From positions 36,524 to 100,523 of IMG/VR virus record IMGVR_UViG_3300045988_158973: 64,000 bases of DNA; one strand, written 5' to 3'. Positions 17,435 through 24,944 of this stretch are shown in pieces (positions within the stretch are counted from its first letter, which is position 1; each line of letters starts with the position of its first letter). This stretch comes from a virus. The translations under genes were made by a program, and so were the position numbers. The notes beneath the pieces are model-generated. The model was not told the DNA's origin. It did not search any database and saw nothing but the letters and a program-made list of their open reading frames with translations.

Positions 17435-20152
17435 CTAACCTAACATATCAAACTTAAAGCCCGTAGTCATACGCGAAGCAGCCAAGTCGGCCAACCAGAA
17501 CGACGACGAAATATCGTCGTGACTGCCCACGCTCTCCAATCCTTTTTCGGTGAAAGCCACTGAACCGAGGTCTTGGAAAATGAGGTCCTTGACCTGTTGT
17601 GAGTATACGTTACCCACGGGGATATGTATCTTACCGCGTTCAAAGAGCGTCGAAAGGTGCGGCCAACCAGTTTTCAGGTCGTATTTATCAATACCCGTAG
17701 TGTGGCCGATAACAGGCATACCTTCAGTGTCGGCGGCTTCAACGAATATCTGTTGGAAGGTGTTATTCTCCATCACGATCAGATCTGGACGGAAACGGGA
17801 ATTGATACGGCGCAGAACGTTCATCTGCTCGAAGAACTTCACGCCCTTTTCACGGTACAGGTGTAACAGCCAACGCTCGTCAGTCAATTCGTCAATTCCC
17901 CACACGCTGAATACGGCGTAGTCGGCGCCGACGTTGGCTGAAATGGCGAAGTCGCACCCAACGACCACCTTGGAGAATTTAACAGGGAACTCTTCACGTG
18001 AATCCACCAACGTGTAGTTCTCCATTCGTAGCAACGCGCGTGTAAGAATTTCCATCGGGAATATAGACGACTCGTTAGTGATCGGGCGGCAAAGGTTCTC
18101 GCGCGAGAAGATGATCGATCCTTGGGTCTCCTTTTTGTCCATCAGGTCCTTAAACGACCACCGTTGAGGCCAAAGAATTCGTCCGTCAGGGAAGATAGCT
18201 GGGTATTCAATCACAAACCAGCCGTTCTTCGTCTTCAAGTCGCCGTAAAGGTCTTCGGCGTGGAACGGCGTACCAACAACGATAATCTGGCCGCCGGGGA
18301 CGAGCATATTCATAATCACCGAGTGGAAATAGTCGGTGGACTTATTTCGTTGGAGACTGGAGTAGATGACGTTGTCCTTCAGGCCGTCGTCAACGATAAT
18401 CCAGTACGGGTGAGCACCGCGCACCGACGATCCAAAGCCCTTACCCGTCAAACGCGCTCCGTTGCGGCACACGATATTGGTAGCTGACCAGTTGTTGGCC
18501 GTTGACTGGGGGAACAGCCGCTCTTTCAGAATCTCGTTTTCTTCGATGGTTCCTTTCAGAATCTCCAAAAGGTCAACGCTCTGCTGTAGCGAGAACGAAA
18601 ATAAGAATCCGCGGTTTGACGACGCCACGGTTGGACGCTTTGAATAACGAGTTGTTGAGGGACGTTTGTAACGGTATAGCTGCCACGCGGCGTAGGCGTT
18701 GGAGAAATAGAACGAGTTGTGAGTCACCGTACCATCACCCAACACGAAGCGGTGGTCGCCGTCGGTGGTGATAGACACATACTCGCCTTCGCCAACGGGC
18801 GTAATTTTCAACGACGATACCACGCTGGGGTGTATACCGTTGATCGTGCCCCATTTTTTGTGTGACGTCTTTGAGGCCCAGTCGGTGACGACTTTCTTAC
18901 GAGCGATCTTTACCGGAATACGGTCCAGTTCGCCAGAAATAGTCACGACCCACGACGCATAGTCACGACCCAACGCTTTACAATACCGCGTTCCGCCACC
19001 TAATCGTGTACAGAAACCGAGGCTATCAGCCAAATTCTTCACATCACGCGCCAGCTGGTGGTTCGTGTTGCTGAAATGATAGCCGCCCTGCCAATAGTTA
19101 CCGTCGGAGTCTATCAACCCTGCCAACACCTGGAGACGAACGTCTTCGCTGTTGACGAGGTATTGGTCGGGAATGTGTTTGTTGAAAAGTAGGTTGTAAC
19201 CCTTTAGCATCCTTTCCAGCGGGTTACGCTTACCGCGTCCACGGGTGTCAATTCCAATCGTCACCGTCATACCCTGCTCGCCATAGTGAAGTCCTAAACG
19301 CTCGGCGTAACCGCGTAAATACTCCGCAACTTCAGGGTCGGCGGTGGTGATCTTTTGGTTGTTGGAATTTCCGTCACCTAACCAGTACCCCAAGAAATAC
19401 GGTTCCAGCCCTACAGGTCGCGCTGGATATTTCACCGCCACCTTGAAGCCGCGATAACGCTCTCTTACCCAGTTTGGGGCTTTACTCAACAGCGTTGGTA
19501 TATCAACGTCAACGATTCGTTTACAGCAGCGCTCAACGCTTCCGTCGCGTCCTTTTTCGATTAGCGTACAAATGTGACGCGAATTGACGGTGTAGCTATC
19601 ACCGCGCGACTGGTCGATACGGTACATAATCGAATCATGACCGCGGTGCGTAGCAACCACGCGACGCGGTTTAGAATCAACACCCATCAACAGGTCTCCA
19701 ACGACAACGTCTTCGACCTTTTTGATAGTTCCATCGTACATTCTTACGGGAGTGCCAACGGCTTCGCATTTTCCGTGGTCACGCGCAGCGTTGATACACA
19801 GTTTCTTGTACTGGTGTACCAACTCACCCCACTCCAAGTGGTGCCACGACAGTTGGAAGTCTGGTATTACAGAGGTGATGAAATACGTCAAATTGGCGCA
19901 CCTCAAGGTGTCTTCCACCACGGCAGCGACGTTCTCTTCATAGCGGGGCTTAAAATCGATCGACACGTCGCCAGTATACATAATCCGGTACGTGTCTTCC
20001 ATCAAGGCGTCGAATATCGTATCAACGTCGTGTATATCGCCGCTCATCATTTCATTCAGACCCCGCTCGTCCATACCCTCGATAATTTCATCAACGAGGT
20101 CCAAACAAGCCAAGCGGTGTGTCACCGAGGGAGCTGTAATTTCAGGCATCAT
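17435..20152 (-). CDS. terL: terminase large subunit, interrupted by an intein
   Basis: The Walker A AARDHGK|S is split by the intein. Downstream are Walker B WIIVDDG, GTPFH and nuclease-domain acidic motifs. 905 aa including the 351-aa intein. Confidence 0.85.
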   Translation of the reverse strand: MMPEITAPSVTHRLACLDLVDEIIEGMDERGLNEMMSGDIHDVDTIFDALMEDTYRIMYTGDVSIDFKPRYEENVAAVVEDTLRCANLTYFITSVIPDFQLSWHHLEWGELVHQYKKLCINAARDHGKCEAVGTPVRMYDGTIKKVEDVVVGDLLMGVDSKPRRVVATHRGHDSIMYRIDQSRGDSYTVNSRHICTLIEKGRDGSVERCCKRIVDVDIPTLLSKAPNWVRERYRGFKVAVKYPARPVGLEPYFLGYWLGDGNSNNQKITTADPEVAEYLRGYAERLGLHYGEQGMTVTIGIDTRGRGKRNPLERMLKGYNLLFNKHIPDQYLVNSEDVRLQVLAGLIDSDGNYWQGGYHFSNTNHQLARDVKNLADSLGFCTRLGGGTRYCKALGRDYASWVVTISGELDRIPVKIARKKVVTDWASKTSHKKWGTINGIHPSVVSSLKITPVGEGEYVSITTDGDHRFVLGDGTVTHNSFYFSNAYAAWQLYRYKRPSTTRYSKRPTVASSNRGFLFSFSLQQSVDLLEILKGTIEENEILKERLFPQSTANNWSATNIVCRNGARLTGKGFGSSVRGAHPYWIIVDDGLKDNVIYSSLQRNKSTDYFHSVIMNMLVPGGQIIVVGTPFHAEDLYGDLKTKNGWFVIEYPAIFPDGRILWPQRWSFKDLMDKKETQGSIIFSRENLCRPITNESSIFPMEILTRALLRMENYTLVDSREEFPVKFSKVVVGCDFAISANVGADYAVFSVWGIDELTDERWLLHLYREKGVKFFEQMNVLRRINSRFRPDLIVMENNTFQQIFVEAADTEGMPVIGHTTGIDKYDLKTGWPHLSTLFERGKIHIPVGNVYSQQVKDLIFQDLGSVAFTEKGLESVGSHDDISSSFWLADLAASRMTTGFKFDMLG
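18716..19768 (-). mobile_element. intein with LAGLIDADG homing endonuclease domain (aa 129-479 of TerL)
   Basis: Starts with Cys (TGC at 19768-19766) immediately after GK of the P-loop. Ends ..GTVTHN (AAC at 18718-18716) followed by Ser. LAGLIDADG blocks are LGYWLGDGN and LAGLIDSDGN. Confidence 0.85.
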
Positions 20153-20172
20153 ACGTCAAGGCATTTTAATAG

Positions 20173-20207
20173 CAACACCCAAAGGGACTGAAAATCCCTC
20201 CGGGTGT
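20173..20207 (-). terminator. long hairpin between 20229 gene and terL (terminator or regulatory)
   Basis: The minus strand reads AACACCCGGAGGGA-TTTTCAG-TCCCTTTGGGTGTT, a ~14-bp stem with two G-T pairs. The trailing sequence is not strongly T-rich. Confidence 0.4.
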
Positions 20208-20228
20208 TACCGCGTCACACAACAAAAC

Positions 20229-20705
20229 TCATCTCTTCAACTTCAGCGCCGTACTCAAATATCGTTCCATTTCCAGTGTCTCACGCTCGTATACGTCCTT
20301 GGGGTAATCCTTCAGGAGCAGGCTGTTGTAGCTTTCGATGGTGCTGCCCAGCAGGGTGGTCAGCTGCATGATTTTGGCCTTATGGACCGCTGCGCGGTCA
20401 TCGGCGTTGAAGGTGAAGCGAAATTTAGTCTTGTTGGTATCGAGAAATGCGACGTAACCGAACGTCGCCAGCGTTTCGAGTAGGTCCAACGCTTTACGGT
20501 GCGACAGCGTTGTCTTTTTAACAACCCCTGTACGAGTGAACTGCCGCTGGGCTATCATCTCGCGCTCCAAGTTGTCGAGGCCCAAAATACGGAGCAATTC
20601 CAACGCTTTAGAAAACGCCAAGCGGCGATTTTCGTCCTGTTCGGTGAACTTCTTTGTCGCTTCTACCTCCTCGGGCGTTTGAGCGACACGTGTGTTATCT
20701 GCCAT
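20229..20705 (-). CDS. hypothetical protein; positional candidate for small terminase subunit
   Basis: 158 aa and helical, immediately upstream of terL. No diagnostic motif. Confidence 0.3.
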   Translation of the reverse strand: MADNTRVAQTPEEVEATKKFTEQDENRRLAFSKALELLRILGLDNLEREMIAQRQFTRTGVVKKTTLSHRKALDLLETLATFGYVAFLDTNKTKFRFTFNADDRAAVHKAKIMQLTTLLGSTIESYNSLLLKDYPKDVYERETLEMERYLSTALKLKR

Positions 20706-21384
20706 TTTGTTTTACGGTTTCTCGTTTTATAGTTGGAAACAACTCGCCGTGAAAGCGAATCATCGTCCGCTGAAGGTGAGCAAATATGTCTTCCGGTTGG
20801 GTGAATAAATCACGCAGCGGAACGTCGTTAGTGTACACCAAGTCGTCTTCATCAGACAGGCGATATGCCAAGTTGAACGTATAGCGGCCGTTGGTAATAT
20901 CACGCATAATGCCGATAATCTTGACCTCCACCACCTGAACCGGCCCGCAGTCGGCGTGAAGTATATATCGTGAATCACCAATATTAGGCAGCAGTTTGCC
21001 CTCAAAACGTTTGACATTTCCGTTCTGGTTGACGTCACGCGGGGGGGTTACACGTTTAGGACGACCGTCGGTACGGCGAGCAGCGTTATACGAGCAAAGG
21101 GCTTCATACACCTTTTCAGCCAACTTATCAAGATCAGGAGTCACACAAGCCCGCGACTGATAACGGTAACGCACCCCTGTTCCAACGCTTTCACGCTCGA
21201 TGAGTCCGTTTTTCGTCAACACGTCGAAAAGCGGCGGTGTGTATTTCTTGTTGACGCCGTTGGCGGCTAATATGGCGCTGAATGACGCGCCGGGTTCCCT
21301 CACACTTACCCACTTATCGCGGGAACGCTCAAAGATTTCAGCGATTGACGCCTTAATGCCTTTAATGAATTGTTGCTTGTCCAT
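20695..21384 (-). CDS. hypothetical protein with possible N-terminal winged-helix
   Basis: ..LFDVLTKNGLIERESVGTGVRYRY.. looks like a wHTH wing. The start is set to ATG 21384 (MDKQQF) downstream of the GCCAACGTTAT motif. Confidence 0.45.
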   Translation of the reverse strand: MDKQQFIKGIKASIAEIFERSRDKWVSVREPGASFSAILAANGVNKKYTPPLFDVLTKNGLIERESVGTGVRYRYQSRACVTPDLDKLAEKVYEALCSYNAARRTDGRPKRVTPPRDVNQNGNVKRFEGKLLPNIGDSRYILHADCGPVQVVEVKIIGIMRDITNGRYTFNLAYRLSDEDDLVYTNDVPLRDLFTQPEDIFAHLQRTMIRFHGELFPTIKRETVKQNGR

Positions 21385-21418
21385 TTTCGTTATACGGTTT
21401 TGTTGTTTGACGTACTGT

Positions 21419-21430
21419 ATAACGTTGGCG
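21419..21430 (-). promoter_or_regulatory. GCCAACGTTAT motif copy
   Basis: The minus strand reads CCGCCAACGTTATACAG, 34 nt upstream of ATG 21384. Confidence 0.4.
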
Positions 21431-21434
21431 GTTG

Positions 21435-22103
21435 TTACTTGGCGCACTTAAATTCGAAGAACTCGTTACCGCGTCGCCGTGTCTTTTTCTCCGCAGTAGG
21501 CAACGCACCGCCCACAGCCCTCAAACGCTGTACGCAGTAGCGGAAGTACCCAGCCGTGGCTTCAACGTCGTTCATCGCTCCGTGAGCGTCCGTAAGGGTG
21601 ATTCCTGCGCGTTCACACGCGGCACCCAACGTCATTTTTTCATCACCCGTCAAGCCGTACATCATTTTCGAGAGATACATCGTGTCCAGCGTCTGGTCTT
21701 GGATGTAGGTGAACAGGCTCTGCTTTTTGGCGTAAGACGAGTAATAGAACGCCGCTTCCAACATCCCGACGTCGAACAACACGTTGTGACCAACGCCAAC
21801 CAAACGCCGCTGGTCCTTATCCTTTACGTCACCGAAGTTCTGGGTACAAAACCGTCCAAATGCCTCAATAAACGCATTCAGTTCCATACCGCGATTCACC
21901 TCGGCCATATTCACCATCGTTTTCTCGATGGCTGTCTTCGTTATTTGGAGACCATTGTACGGCTTTATGTAGGTCTCCCAGCGGTCTACCTCTTTCAGGG
22001 TATTGAAGTCCAGCACAACGGCTGCAAATTGCGTTATGGGGTTTTCTGAGGGGTCAAGGCCTCCGGTTTCGCAGTCGAATACCAAATAGTTACTTTTCTT
22101 CAT
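21435..22103 (-). CDS. DEDD 3'-5' exonuclease (DnaQ / Pol III epsilon-like)
   Basis: Exo I LVFDCETGGL, Exo II VGHNVLFDVGML and Exo III DAHGAMNDVEAT (H-x4-D). Confidence 0.85.
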   Translation of the reverse strand: MKKSNYLVFDCETGGLDPSENPITQFAAVVLDFNTLKEVDRWETYIKPYNGLQITKTAIEKTMVNMAEVNRGMELNAFIEAFGRFCTQNFGDVKDKDQRRLVGVGHNVLFDVGMLEAAFYYSSYAKKQSLFTYIQDQTLDTMYLSKMMYGLTGDEKMTLGAACERAGITLTDAHGAMNDVEATAGYFRYCVQRLRAVGGALPTAEKKTRRRGNEFFEFKCAK

Positions 22104-22115
22104 CTTCGTTTTTAC

Positions 22116-22777
22116 TTTACAAAGAAGAGACCGCCGCGGGAGCGCTTACGCAATCGGTTTAATGCCTTCTCCGACGTGGCGGCGGACATCTTTGATCTCC
22201 CGCGGCGGTTATCCGCGTTTCTCTCTTCTAAAAGAAACACCCAAGTTAACAAGAGCAGCGACCTATTGCGGTTCCCCTTTTGCCGGCCGGGCGTCCACTG
22301 GTAGTTAACCTTGGGTGTTAATTTCGTCAGGGAGTTAACGTGTCCCTGATTCTCACACGGTCTTCGGGACGATCCTCGGAGTTTACTTCAGGTTCATCAC
22401 CCTGTATCACTCCTCTTTCTGGACGACGATCCAGCGAGTGTTCATTTTGCCGTGCTGCCACTCGTCAGCGCTGGTTGAGATGGAAGGATTCGAACCTCCA
22501 ACGCGAGAACCAAAATCTCGTGTGTTACCATTACACCACACCTCAAAATGAGGGATCGGACTGCGGCGTCCGTTATACTCTATCCCTCGGTTCGAGTCTG
22601 TCTCCTCCGCTCCGGCGCTCGCTATGGAGGAAGTCTGCGTTGCTGCCTTGGAGACAATTTGGTTGACCTTTTGGCCCGTTAGAAACTACAGAACGCCAAC
22701 TGGAAAAGAACTACACTAACTGCTAAACCTCATTTCGTCACTTGGCATAAGTCGGCGTATCGCTCGTTTCAGGTAGT
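22116..22777 (-). ncRNA. candidate large structured RNA enclosing tRNA-Gln (class unknown)
   Basis: No minus-strand ORF of 60 aa or more. There are many long perfect helices, for example 22130-22142/22197-22209 (13 bp) and 22236-22250/22304-22319 (15 bp with a bulge). A promoter-like motif lies at the 5' side. Confidence 0.4.
22472..22545 (-). tRNA. tRNA-Gln: tRNA-Gln (anticodon UUG), CCA encoded
   Basis: Manual cloverleaf: TGAGGTG TG GTGT AATGGTA ACAC A CGAGA TTTTGGT TCTCG CGTT GGAGG TTCGAAT CCTTC CATCTCA A CCA. 74 nt, with a U1-A72 pair as in bacterial tRNA-Gln. Confidence 0.85.
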
Positions 22778-22789
22778 ATAACGTTGGCG
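22778..22789 (-). promoter_or_regulatory. GCCAACGTTAT motif copy at 5' edge of the non-coding locus
   Basis: The minus strand reads CACGCCAACGTTATACTACC, directly downstream of the HU terminator. Confidence 0.4.
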
Positions 22790-22800
22790 TGTAAGTAACG

Positions 22801-22836
22801 AAAAATCCGTCAGGGCAAACCACCTCCCCGACGGAC
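22801..22836 (-). terminator. hairpin terminator after HU gene
   Basis: The minus strand reads GTCCGTCGGGG-AGGTGGTTTG-CCCTGACGGAT followed by TTTTT. Confidence 0.65.
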
Positions 22837-22863
22837 TGCGAAAGCAAACGTTGTTAGTTTGGG

Positions 22864-23160
22864 TTATTTCTTACCCTTTTTGGCAGTTTCGCCGTACACC
22901 CTGAAGGCGTGAGCCGCGCGGAACTGAACCGTGCGATACGGTTGAGCCTCGGCGATCTGTCCGGTGATGGGATTGCGTCTTACGTGAGCCGGAACGTCCT
23001 TCAGAGCAAACTTACCTACGCCGTTGAGCGTGATGGATTCACCCTTGTCGCGGACCTCCTCGGCAAGCACGACTTCGAAGGCGCGGACCAGTGCGATGGC
23101 CTGAGCCTTGGTGATGCCGGCTTTGTTGGCCAGCACGTTGTAAAAATCTTGCGTTTTCAT
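22864..23160 (-). CDS. HU/IHF-family DNA-binding protein
   Basis: 98 aa: MKTQDFYNVLANKAGITKAQAIALVRAFE..GVGKFALKDVPAHVRRNPITGQ... The RNPxTG arm motif is present. The start is reset to ATG 23160. Confidence 0.85.
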   Translation of the reverse strand: MKTQDFYNVLANKAGITKAQAIALVRAFEVVLAEEVRDKGESITLNGVGKFALKDVPAHVRRNPITGQIAEAQPYRTVQFRAAHAFRVYGETAKKGKK

Positions 23161-23198
23161 TTTACGATAATTTTGATTGTTGATGATTATGGGGTTGT

Positions 23199-23678
23199 TT
23201 AGACCTTCGCTAAAACGATAGTGATGCCCAGTTCTACGAGTTGTTGACGTAATGAGTTCCACGCTTCGTCACGCGCTGCGGCGTTTACCCACCACTCGCT
23301 GATGTTATCACCTTCGGAGGCCATCGTGTCGTGGTTGATAACGATACCGAACTCGTACTGCATTGACGAGGAATTATAGCGCTCTGCACGCTCTAACGAA
23401 CGCACGGCGTACCACGGGACCACTGCGTCGCCTAACTCGATGAAAATGCCGTTCAAGCGCTTTTTCTGGGTAAAGGATTCAGCCTGAGCCAAAAAGTCAC
23501 TCAACGACAGATCGTAATCCACGCCATCGTCGGCGTTACGCTGGGCGTCGTAGGGGCGGGATTTTTCAGCCGCTGGTTTATCGCCAAACAGCGGTAGACC
23601 GTTGGCACCGCGGGGTATCTTATGAGCCTTGGAAGGCTGCTGTTGTTCGTCAATCTTTGACGTGTGGACCTTTACCAT
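23199..23678 (-). CDS. hypothetical protein (159 aa)
   Basis: Minus-strand ORF. No motif. Confidence 0.55.
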   Translation of the reverse strand: MVKVHTSKIDEQQQPSKAHKIPRGANGLPLFGDKPAAEKSRPYDAQRNADDGVDYDLSLSDFLAQAESFTQKKRLNGIFIELGDAVVPWYAVRSLERAERYNSSSMQYEFGIVINHDTMASEGDNISEWWVNAAARDEAWNSLRQQLVELGITIVLAKV

Positions 23679-24015
23679 CGTGTTTCACCATTTTGATGTA
23701 CCCAGCCTTGGTCAGTTTGCGTATAGCGTTACGGTGATTCAAGGCTTGTAAATAAACGCAATCGGGGTTGTACTGAACCTTCACTGCTCGACGCTGACGT
23801 GGGGCGCCAGTGGTGACGTCTAATTCCAACGTGGTTTCAGTACCAATCTCGCGACATTCTCCGGTCTTATAGTTGAACTCATATAACCACATACCCGGTA
23901 GCCGAATGGCTGATCCAAGATAACGCTGCTCTTGCTTTTGGCGTTCTAACTGCTCGGTGCGAGTACGTTCGGTGTCACGGCCTAAAACGGGGACAACGTG
24001 GAAGAATTCGCTCAT
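23650..24015 (-). CDS. hypothetical protein (121 aa)
   Basis: Minus-strand ORF. No motif. Confidence 0.5.
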   Translation of the reverse strand: MSEFFHVVPVLGRDTERTRTEQLERQKQEQRYLGSAIRLPGMWLYEFNYKTGECREIGTETTLELDVTTGAPRQRRAVKVQYNPDCVYLQALNHRNAIRKLTKAGYIKMVKHDGKGPHVKD

Positions 24016-24557
24016 AACACATCAAGATTTTGGAGTCCTTGTGCCACGCCTTTCAACACTTCAGCCGTGAAGCGATGAATCAACGGCGTGTAAGTACCGT
24101 GTTGGCGCCAATAGGGAATTTCGCCTTCAACACCAACGTTGGCGATACGGCGTTTCTTCAACTGGAACCACAGCCAACACTCTTCGTCGCCAGTCACCTT
24201 CACGTCCAGCAGGTATACCCAACCACCAAAGCATATTCTGGCGTCGTGGTTTGAAAGCACTTTGGCGCGTGAGGCCGTGATTTCGAGTTGAAGTTTCAAG
24301 CCCTCAACGGTGACGGTAAGGGTTCGCAGGTGTAGTTCATTGGCGTCACCCCAGTTGGCGTGAATTACTTCTGCTGGCGAAGGAAGGTTAATCACCGCTG
24401 TGGCGTAAACGTCTTGGTGAATTAAAGGCGCCAAGTCTTCGTCGTCGCGTAATTCAGGCATCCGTCGATGTAGTTCATGTGTCACCGCTGTGCCAATAGC
24501 ATCAGCCACACGGTCGGCGTAAAGCCATTCAACGAAGCGTTGGAAATATCGTTTCAT
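24012..24557 (-). CDS. hypothetical protein (181 aa)
   Basis: First gene after the unusual intergenic region. A GCCAACGTTAT motif lies 28 nt upstream of its ATG. Confidence 0.55.
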   Translation of the reverse strand: MKRYFQRFVEWLYADRVADAIGTAVTHELHRRMPELRDDEDLAPLIHQDVYATAVINLPSPAEVIHANWGDANELHLRTLTVTVEGLKLQLEITASRAKVLSNHDARICFGGWVYLLDVKVTGDEECWLWFQLKKRRIANVGVEGEIPYWRQHGTYTPLIHRFTAEVLKGVAQGLQNLDVL

Positions 24558-24585
24558 TCTGGAGTGTTGTTTGTTTACGGAGTGA

Positions 24586-24612
24586 ATAACGTTGGCTGTG
24601 AATAACGATTGC
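24586..24612 (-). promoter_or_regulatory. GCCAACGTTAT motif plus a degenerate second copy
   Basis: The minus strand reads CAGCAATCGTTATTCACAGCCAACGTTATTCACTCC. CGTTATTCAC is directly repeated. Confidence 0.4.
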
Positions 24613-24627
24613 TGTTGGCGTGTTGGT

Positions 24628-24734
24628 CACGCGCGTATAGGCGCACGCGGGGTGGTACACACGTGTTCTCGCTGGGATGTGTGTCGCGTATGCGTATGAG
24701 CGTGCGTAAGCACGTGAGCGCACATACGTGCGCG
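24628..24734. other. purine/pyrimidine-alternating CG/CA/TG-rich tract with GCGTAT repeats and short palindromes
   Basis: GCGTAT at 24633, 24686 and 24692 (the last two in tandem) and GCGTAA at 24704. Palindromic hairpins at 24701-24714 (cgtgc-gtaa-gcacg) and 24718-24733 (gcgcac-atac-gtgcgc). Confidence 0.6.
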
Positions 24735-24736
24735 AG

Positions 24737-24789
24737 GAGAGACGAAGTCTCTCGAAAGTATAAACACCAGTGTCTTTTGGTGTTTATAC
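24737..24789. other. two strong hairpins
   Basis: gagagac-gaa-gtctctc (24737-24753) has a 7-bp stem. gtataaacacc-N10-ggtgtttatac (24758-24789) has an 11-bp stem. Confidence 0.7.
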
Positions 24790-24804
24790 CGGAAAAGCGG
24801 AGAA

Positions 24805-24871
24805 GGGGGATTATAGGGGGTTAAGGAGTAAAGGGGGTGAGGGGGAAGAGAACCATCGGGGGAAAAGGGGG
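24805..24871 (+). repeat. six G5 runs in 67 nt (G-quadruplex-capable on plus strand, C5 runs on the coding strand)
   Basis: GGGGG at 24805, 24816, 24833, 24841, 24858 and 24867. Confidence 0.8.
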
Positions 24872-24883
24872 AGGAGGCTGCCA

Positions 24884-24920
24884 ACAGAAAAGCCGCCAAG
24901 GACCTAAATCCAAGGCGGCT
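24884..24920 (-). terminator. hairpin terminator after 24945 gene
   Basis: The minus strand reads AGCCGCCTTGGA-TTTAGG-TCCTTGGCGGCT followed by TTTTCTGTT. Confidence 0.65.
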
Positions 24921-24944
24921 AAAAGCGTCAACGCCAAAGCGTCG

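Noticed and set aside
22472-22545. Possibility that the tRNA is a suppressor linked to stop-codon recoding
   Set aside because: The anticodon is the standard UUG (Gln). All long genes read through with code 11 without in-frame TAG or TGA.
22589-22598. GGTTCGAGTC T-loop-like sequence on the plus strand, suggesting a second tRNA
   Set aside because: The flanking bases cannot form a T stem or the rest of a cloverleaf on either strand.
22340-22666. 108-aa plus-strand ORF in the non-coding locus
   Set aside because: It runs antisense through the tRNA-Gln gene and the helical elements. It is an artefact of the absence of stops.
24529-24899. Minus-strand ORFs 24529-24723 (64 aa) and 24627-24899 (90 aa) in the unusual intergenic region
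   Set aside because: The translations are R/A/T/H/P-rich strings generated by the RY-alternating and C5-run DNA. They span hairpins and a terminator and have no start context.
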